NCBI GenBank assembly: GCA_963815215.1
Contig: CAWFFU010000008.1
Coordinates: 160,001-224,000 of the forward strand
Reading direction: 5' to 3'
DNA length: 64,000 nucleotides
DNA from: an uncultured Trueperaceae bacterium
GTDB lineage: Bacteria; Deinococcota; Deinococci; Deinococcales; Trueperaceae
Part shown: positions 58,311-64,000 of the stretch, piece by piece
Layout: every line of letters begins with the position of its first letter
Position numbering within the stretch: position 1 is the first letter of the stretch
Made by a program: the position numbers and the translations under genes
The notes under the pieces: model-generated
Told to the model about the DNA's origin: nothing
The model's database searches: none
What the model saw: the letters and a program-made list of their open reading frames with translations, nothing else

Positions 58311-59141
58311 TCAGCCGACGCCGCCGTCGAGCCAACCTCGGAGCATGCGCCACAGCCGGGCGAGCGCCTGCCGGTCGAGGTCGGCCAGGCCGTTCGCCAC
58401 GACATCGAGCAGGTCGAGGTTGCCGCCCACGCGCCCCGCGAAGGGACTGCCGCCCACGCCTCCGAGCGTTGCATCCAGCGCATCCGCTCCCGCGTCCAGC
58501 GCCGCCCTCGCGTTGTCGATGCCGCGACCCGAATCGTGCAGGTGAACTCTCAGGAACGCGTCGGGCCATGCCTGTCGCGCGCGCCGCACCAGGTCGCGAA
58601 CGTCGTCGGTACGGGCGCCGCCGGTGGTGTCCGCGAGCCCGATGTCCCGTACGCCCATGCGGTAGAAGCGGTCCCCCCACTCGAGAGCCCGTTCCGGCGG
58701 CACCTGGCCCTCGTAATTGCAGTGCCACACATTGGCGAGCCCGATGCCCACGTGCACGCCGTCGTCCGGGGCCCGACGCAGGAGCTCCAGGTACTCGGCA
58801 AGCGTCTGTTCGCGGGTGCGGCCGCTGTTCTTGACGTGATACGTGGCTGAGAGAGCCAGGACCAGCTCCACACGGCCGACCCCGGCTTCGACCGCGCGCT
58901 CGTACCCCTTGAGGTTGGCGACCAGCGCATCGCGGGTGCCGGCACGCTCGGCCAGGCCGGCCCACAGCGACGCGGCGTCGGCGAGCTGGGGCACGCGCTT
59001 GGGCGACACGAACGAGGTGACCTGCAGCGCCGTCACGCCGGCCGCCAAGAGGGCATCGTAGAGAGCCACCTTACGGTCCGTCGGAAGCGTCACGGTTTGC
59101 CCCTGCAGGCCGTCACGGAGGGTCACATCGCGGATCAGCAC
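58311..59141 (-). CDS. HMG-CoA lyase-like DRE-TIM protein
   Basis: LRDGLQ, SFVSPK.VPQ.AD, LADTTG, HLHD, GGVGGSPFA. Confidence 0.88.
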   Translation of the reverse strand: MLIRDVTLRDGLQGQTVTLPTDRKVALYDALLAAGVTALQVTSFVSPKRVPQLADAASLWAGLAERAGTRDALVANLKGYERAVEAGVGRVELVLALSATYHVKNSGRTREQTLAEYLELLRRAPDDGVHVGIGLANVWHCNYEGQVPPERALEWGDRFYRMGVRDIGLADTTGGARTDDVRDLVRRARQAWPDAFLRVHLHDSGRGIDNARAALDAGADALDATLGGVGGSPFAGRVGGNLDLLDVVANGLADLDRQALARLWRMLRGWLDGGVG

Positions 59142-60343
59142 GATCCCCTCCCGAGCTCCACCACGTGCCGCTCGGCCAGCGCGGCGATCTCGCCGGCCGG
59201 CAACCCGAGCGCGTCCCGAAGGACCTCCTCGGTATGGGCGCCGAGAGACGGTCCGGCCCACCGCACGCGGCCCGGCGTGTCCGTGAGACGCGGCACCACC
59301 CCCTGCATCAGCAACGTCCCGACCTCGCTCTCGACCTCGATCACCGTGCCCCGCTCACGGAAGTGGGGCTCCTCGGCAACGTCGCGGGCGGTGTTGACCG
59401 GACCCGCGGGAACGCCGGCGACCTCCAGCGCGGCGAGGACGTCGGCCAGCGGCAGCTCTCGCGTCCAGGCGGCGATCCGGTCGTCGAGCTCCCGCTGATG
59501 CCGCCCGCGCCCCTCGTGCCCCGCCAGCCGCGGCTCCAGCGCCAGCTCGGGCGTACCCATCGCGGCGCACAAGCGCTCGAACGGACCGTCTGCGTTCGCA
59601 CCGATGACCACCCAGTGTTGGTCCCGCGTCGGGTAGATGTTCGACGGAGCGACGCCAGGAAGAGTGTTGCCGGACCGCTGGCGAACGGCGCCCGACGCGC
59701 TGAACTCCGGCACGACGCTCTCGAGCGCAGCCACGACGGCGTCCGTCAGCCCGGTGTCGACGACCTGACCGCGCCCGCTGATCTCGCGCTGGCGCAACGC
59801 CGCCAGGACCCCGAAGGCGGTGTAGAGGCCCGCGAGCGTGTCGCCGATGGCCAACCCCACTCTGACCGGCGGGCGGTCCTCGTCGCCGGTCAGGTAGCGC
59901 AGGCCGCCCATCGCCTCCGCCACGCCGCCGAAGCCGGCGCGGTGCCGGTACGGTCCCGTCTGACCGAAACCCGAGATCCGAGCGACGACCAAGCGGGGGT
60001 TCTCCGCCAGCAACGACTCCGGATCGAGGTCCAGCCGCTCCAGCGTTCCGGGCCGGAAGTTCTCCACCAACACGTCACAGCTCAGGGCCAGGCGCCGGAC
60101 CAGAGCCCGCCCTTCCTCTTGCTTGAGGTCCACCACCACGCTCTTCTTGTTGCGACCGATGACGGGCCACCATACCGGCGGCCCGTCGTTCACGTTGACC
60201 CCCCAGCGCCGCATGGCATCGCCGCTCCCCGGGCGCTCGACTTTGATGACTTCGGCTCCATGGTCGCCGAGCACCTGGCCGCAATACGGCCCTGCGATGA
60301 ACTGGCCCAGCTCGAGCACCCGCACACCGTCCAAGGCCGTCAT
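59135..60343 (-). CDS. CaiB/BaiF family III CoA-transferase
   Basis: IAGP, GAEVIKVE, RNKKS, ENFRPG, SGFGQTGP, catalytic Asp in IGDTLAG. Confidence 0.93.
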   Translation of the reverse strand: MTALDGVRVLELGQFIAGPYCGQVLGDHGAEVIKVERPGSGDAMRRWGVNVNDGPPVWWPVIGRNKKSVVVDLKQEEGRALVRRLALSCDVLVENFRPGTLERLDLDPESLLAENPRLVVARISGFGQTGPYRHRAGFGGVAEAMGGLRYLTGDEDRPPVRVGLAIGDTLAGLYTAFGVLAALRQREISGRGQVVDTGLTDAVVAALESVVPEFSASGAVRQRSGNTLPGVAPSNIYPTRDQHWVVIGANADGPFERLCAAMGTPELALEPRLAGHEGRGRHQRELDDRIAAWTRELPLADVLAALEVAGVPAGPVNTARDVAEEPHFRERGTVIEVESEVGTLLMQGVVPRLTDTPGRVRWAGPSLGAHTEEVLRDALGLPAGEIAALAERHVVELGRGSC

Positions 60344-61104
60344 ACCAGCGGCTCCCCGACCATCGCGCGGATGCCGCTCTGGCGCCCCAGACTCTCCACC
60401 AGATTCCGGCAGGTGCGCTCGAGATGCGCCCGCATGGTCCCGGCGGCCTCGTCGCCACGCCCTTCGCGAACCAGTTGCACGATCTGGCGGTGCTCGTCGT
60501 CGGCCAGTCTCACGGTGCGCGGAGACCCCAGCTCCAAATAGCGCGCGCGCGTGATCCGCGGGAAGAGCGCACCCAGGGCTTCGACGACGAAGCGATTCCC
60601 ACCGGCTCGCGCGAGCCCCAGGTGCAGTCTCGCCGTCGCGGCGAGCCTGCCCTCCGGCTCCCGCTCCGCAGCGAGCTCGATCAGTGCCGCCTCGACCTCG
60701 ACCAGGGCGCCCTCCGAGGCCGACGCCGCGGCCCAACGTACGGCCGCGGTCTCGAGCACGCTCCTGTAGGCGAACAGCTCCTGCAACTCGCCCACGTCGA
60801 CAGGGGCGACCCCGTACCCCCGACCGTCGCGCCGCACCAACCCTTCCCCGGCGAGTTGCGCGAGCGCCTGTCGGATTGGACTGCGCGACACGGCAAGGAG
60901 TCGCTCCAGACGCCGTTCCGGCAGGCGCTCGCCGGGCCGCAAGGCGAACGACAGGATCAAGCGGCGGAGCTCGGCCGTCGCCCGCTCCGCGAGATGAAGT
61001 CCTGAGCCGGCGGCCGCGACGTCGGCGCCGGCCGGCACAGGTGACCCCGGAGCTCCGTCGAGGGGGAGCTCCGGGGCGCGTGAGCGGGTTCCGTGATCGT
61101 CCAT
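60340..61104 (-). CDS. GntR (FCD) transcriptional regulator
   Basis: PGERL.E..L...L.VSRSPIRQAL, EH..I, M..H. Confidence 0.9.
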   Translation of the reverse strand: MDDHGTRSRAPELPLDGAPGSPVPAGADVAAAGSGLHLAERATAELRRLILSFALRPGERLPERRLERLLAVSRSPIRQALAQLAGEGLVRRDGRGYGVAPVDVGELQELFAYRSVLETAAVRWAAASASEGALVEVEAALIELAAEREPEGRLAATARLHLGLARAGGNRFVVEALGALFPRITRARYLELGSPRTVRLADDEHRQIVQLVREGRGDEAAGTMRAHLERTCRNLVESLGRQSGIRAMVGEPLV

Positions 61105-61121
61105 GCCGGAGTCTATCACGA

Positions 61122-61144
61122 TGGTATACCAGTACGGTATCCCA
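61122..61144. promoter_or_regulatory. GntR/FadR-type operator
   Basis: Perfect palindrome TGGTATACCA (61122-61131) and degenerate CGGTATCCCA (61135-61144), just upstream of the TAGACT -10 box (61110-61115). Confidence 0.7.
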
Positions 61145-61282
61145 CTTTCAATGGGCGCTCCGGCGTCACCCGCGGAGGGTGCCGGTCCCGGCACCGTGGC
61201 AACGGGTCCCCGCACCGAAGTCCGGTGCGGGGACCCAACGGACCTGTCGGACGCGTCCTTCGCGGCCGGGATCCGGGCGACG

Positions 61283-62503
61283 CTACTTCATGTAGGGCTC
61301 GAGATCCTTGGCGCTGATCGCCATGAGGACCTTGGCGTTCCCCTGCGGGTCCACCTTCACGGCCTCGAACCCGGCCGTCACGTTGCCGTAGGCGTTGAAG
61401 TCGACCGGGCCGCTGGCCCCCTCGTAGTTGATGTCCTTGCCCGCCTTGACCAGCGCCGAACACTCGGCGAAGCTGGTGCAGACCGTTCCGGGAGCGCCCG
61501 CCACGTCGTGCATGGCCTGGAACACGCTCTTGCCGGACGTTGCGCCTGCCTTCTCCCAAGCCAGCGCCATCACGTTCATGGCGTCGTAGCCGTAGTTCGC
61601 CAACTCGACCGGCTTGCCCCCGAACTTCTTCTGGTAGGCATTGTCGAACGTCGTGGCCCCACTGCCGCCCGTCGAGCTACCCTCGACCGACACGATCATG
61701 GAGTCCGCCGTCTGCGCACCTACCGCCTTGATGAAGTCGGCCGACGCCGTCACGTCCGTCCCGACATACGGGACCGACGCACCCTCGAGCTGGGAGACCT
61801 CCTTGAAATAGGTGCCGCCGGTGCCGGGATCGAGCTGGAAGAAGACCACGTCGGGGTGCGCGGCGTAGATCTTGAGGATCTCGCTGCGATAGGAGCTCTG
61901 GTTGGGCGAGATCCCGACGTCGGCCACGATCGTGCCGCCCGCCTTCTTGAACGTATCGACCACCGGCGCCTTGAGCGTCTGCGCCGAAGCGTTGGTACCG
62001 AAGACCACGGCCGCCTTGGTGTAGCCCTTGCTCTTGGCGTAGTACGCCATGGCGACTCCCATGAGCGAATCGGACGGCGTCGTACGGAACAGGTTGGGAA
62101 GCGCGTTGTTGTCGATGGCCGTCGTTCCACCCACCATGATGTCGACGATGTTCAGGTTCTTGATGAAGGGCAACGCCGCCTGCAGCGTCACCGAGGAGGG
62201 CCCGACGATGCCGTTCACGCCGTTGACGTTCACGACCTTCTGCAACGCCGGCACGGCGTCGATGGCGTCACCGGTGGTGTCCCCGGTGGAGACCTCGATC
62301 GTCTTGCCCATGACGCCGCCTGCCTGATTGATGAGGTCGCTGGCGAGCTGAACGCCCTTCAGGGTGTCCGGGCCGATGAACGACTCGAAACCGCTGAACG
62401 GACCCACCACAGCAACCTTGAGGCTGCCTTGCGCCAAGGCGGCAGAGCTCAGGGCCGCCGCTACAACGAGGACCAACAGCGTTACGGAACGGATGTGCTT
62501 CAT
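61283..62503 (-). CDS. LivK-like ABC transporter substrate-binding protein
   Basis: Signal peptide, P.SG, IN.AGGV.G, FRT.PSD, YDA, YEGASG...F...G. Confidence 0.9.
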   Translation of the reverse strand: MKHIRSVTLLVLVVAAALSSAALAQGSLKVAVVGPFSGFESFIGPDTLKGVQLASDLINQAGGVMGKTIEVSTGDTTGDAIDAVPALQKVVNVNGVNGIVGPSSVTLQAALPFIKNLNIVDIMVGGTTAIDNNALPNLFRTTPSDSLMGVAMAYYAKSKGYTKAAVVFGTNASAQTLKAPVVDTFKKAGGTIVADVGISPNQSSYRSEILKIYAAHPDVVFFQLDPGTGGTYFKEVSQLEGASVPYVGTDVTASADFIKAVGAQTADSMIVSVEGSSTGGSGATTFDNAYQKKFGGKPVELANYGYDAMNVMALAWEKAGATSGKSVFQAMHDVAGAPGTVCTSFAECSALVKAGKDINYEGASGPVDFNAYGNVTAGFEAVKVDPQGNAKVLMAISAKDLEPYMK

Positions 62504-62573
62504 GAAGTCCCTCTCCGACCGTCCCTCAGGGACGGTCCCCCACGCGTGTCGCTTGCTTTCGGCTTCGGCCATG

Positions 62574-63332
62574 TCAGTCGCTCCCCTTTCCTTCACGGGG
62601 CGGCCCGGCTCTATCCTGGGTCCGGCGGCCCGGTGAATGTGAGGCTTTGCGGACGGCCTGGACCATCCGGTCCTTTGCCGCCATGACGTGCCCCTCGGCC
62701 AGGCGCCGAGCGAGCAGGGGATCGCGGTCGTTCAGGGCGCCGAGGATGATGCGGTGACCCTTCAACGGGTCCGGCGTGAGCCGATCCGCTCCGGCCACCG
62801 CGCCACCGGCGCTCTCGATGTAGTCCCACACGTTGGCCAACATGGTGATCAGCATCCGGTTGCGGGACGCATCGTAGATCCGTTGATGGAACTCACGCGT
62901 GGTCTGCTGGAGTCCGGCCAGGTTCTCGCGGCCCAGGTAGTACTCCATCAGATCGGCCACCTCGTTGAGCTCCTGGAGCTCCTCGTCGGTCATGTTGATG
63001 GCCGCCAGCTCCGTGGCCAGACCCTCCAGGGCCCGGCGGATCAGGTAGACCTCCTCGAGTTCCTCGACCTCGAACCCGACGACGGTGATCTGACGTCGCT
63101 GGGTCGTCACGAGACCCTCGGTCTCCAACATGTGGATGGCCTGCCGGATCGGCGTTCGACTGACGCCGATGGCGGCGGCAAGCTGGTTCTCGCTCAGCTT
63201 CTGGTCCGGCCGAAGATGACCACGGAGGATCGTCTCACGCAGCGTTCGGAAGGCCAGTTCCCCCAGGGACGCGCTGGGATCCTCGCGCTGGTGCGCCGAG
63301 AACATCGCCGCCAACGCGGCGTCGAGGTCCAT
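62574..63332 (-). CDS. GntR (FCD) transcriptional regulator
   Basis: LSE..LA..IGVSRTPIRQA, IR..LE, FH..I...S.N; TAATG overlap with the ATPase gene. Confidence 0.9.
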   Translation of the reverse strand: MDLDAALAAMFSAHQREDPSASLGELAFRTLRETILRGHLRPDQKLSENQLAAAIGVSRTPIRQAIHMLETEGLVTTQRRQITVVGFEVEELEEVYLIRRALEGLATELAAINMTDEELQELNEVADLMEYYLGRENLAGLQQTTREFHQRIYDASRNRMLITMLANVWDYIESAGGAVAGADRLTPDPLKGHRIILGALNDRDPLLARRLAEGHVMAAKDRMVQAVRKASHSPGRRTQDRAGPPREGKGSD

Positions 63333-64000
63333 TACTTCCCTAGGTACAGGCTGCCGACCTCGGGGTTGTCGAGCAACGCACGACCCGTGTCCTGGAAGCG
63401 GTTCTGACCGCTCGCCAGAACGTAGCCCCAGTCCGAGAGCTGCAGGGCGGCGGCGGCGTTCTGCTCGACCAGGAGCACGGCTACCCCGGCGTCGCGCAAG
63501 GTCCGGACGTGCTGAAGCGCGGACGACGCGAACTTCGGCGACAGGCCCGCCGTCGGCTCGTCCATCATGACGAGCTTGGGACTGAGCATCAGTGCCAACC
63601 CCAGCGCCAGCATGTGCTGCTGGCCCCCGGAGAGCTTGCCTGCGGGTTTGCTCCTTGCGGTCGCCAGGTCGGGGAACATGGTATAGACGCGATCGCGACG
63701 TTCGCGCTGACTCCCCTTGAGCGTGAAGGCCCCGATCTCCAGGTTCTCCTCCACCGTCAGGCTGGGGAAGGTGTTCTCGACCTGGGGCACGTAGCACAGG
63801 CCCAAGCGCACGATCTGGTCCGGAGCCCAGCCGGTGATGTCCTCGCCCTCGAAGACGACGGAGCCCTGAGACGGCCGCAGGAGACCGAAGACGGTCTTCA
63901 TCAGCGTCGATTTCCCCGCGCCGTTGGGCCCGATGATGCTCACCACCTGGCCCGCGTCGACGGAGATGGCGACATCGGTGAGGATCGTCGTGTCCCCGTA
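63332..64000 (-). CDS. LivF-like ABC transporter ATPase, 5' end beyond the window
   Basis: GPNGAGKST, LSGGQQ, MDEPTAGL, VEQN, YLG. Confidence 0.92.
   Translation of the reverse strand, partial: YGDTTILTDVAISVDAGQVVSIIGPNGAGKSTLMKTVFGLLRPSQGSVVFEGEDITGWAPDQIVRLGLCYVPQVENTFPSLTVEENLEIGAFTLKGSQRERRDRVYTMFPDLATARSKPAGKLSGGQQHMLALGLALMLSPKLVMMDEPTAGLSPKFASSALQHVRTLRDAGVAVLLVEQNAAAALQLSDWGYVLASGQNRFQDTGRALLDNPEVGSLYLGK

Noticed and set aside
1..64000. Mobile elements, prophage, defence systems, rRNA/tRNA
   Set aside because: No transposase, integrase, phage, nuclease-effector or structural RNA signatures were recognised

Overview
High-GC chromosomal window, most likely from a Deinococcota bacterium (Truepera/Thermus-like: an Nqo15 homologue, an SLH + coiled-coil + beta-barrel SlpA, and pervasive leaderless -10/start pairs). 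Most of it is core housekeeping: cysK, menC/NAAAR, split mnmC-like pair, uvrD/pcrA, minDE, hpf, slpA, thyX, rlmH, rodA, carboxylase beta subunit, trpF, ppx, rplU-rpmA-obgE-yqeK-LCP-rsfS-yraN and fbaB. The most striking element is a mirror-image pair of divergent RND operons around a MarR gene (39335-54903). Each encodes two TolC-like proteins: a long one with apparently 2+4 beta-strands and a short one with no beta-hairpins, which suggests a non-canonical heteromeric outer-membrane channel. Other notable items are a five-box DnaA cluster with no dnaA gene in the window, a repeat-associated frameshift splitting a membrane-anchored ER-rich protein, a metzincin-like protein lacking all zinc ligands, an Asp-less receiver protein, a structured uORF-containing leader upstream of fbaB, and a GntR/ABC/CoA-transferase/lyase catabolic cluster. 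No rRNA, tRNA, IS element, prophage or CRISPR array was recognised. All calls are by-eye motif recognition, not database searches.
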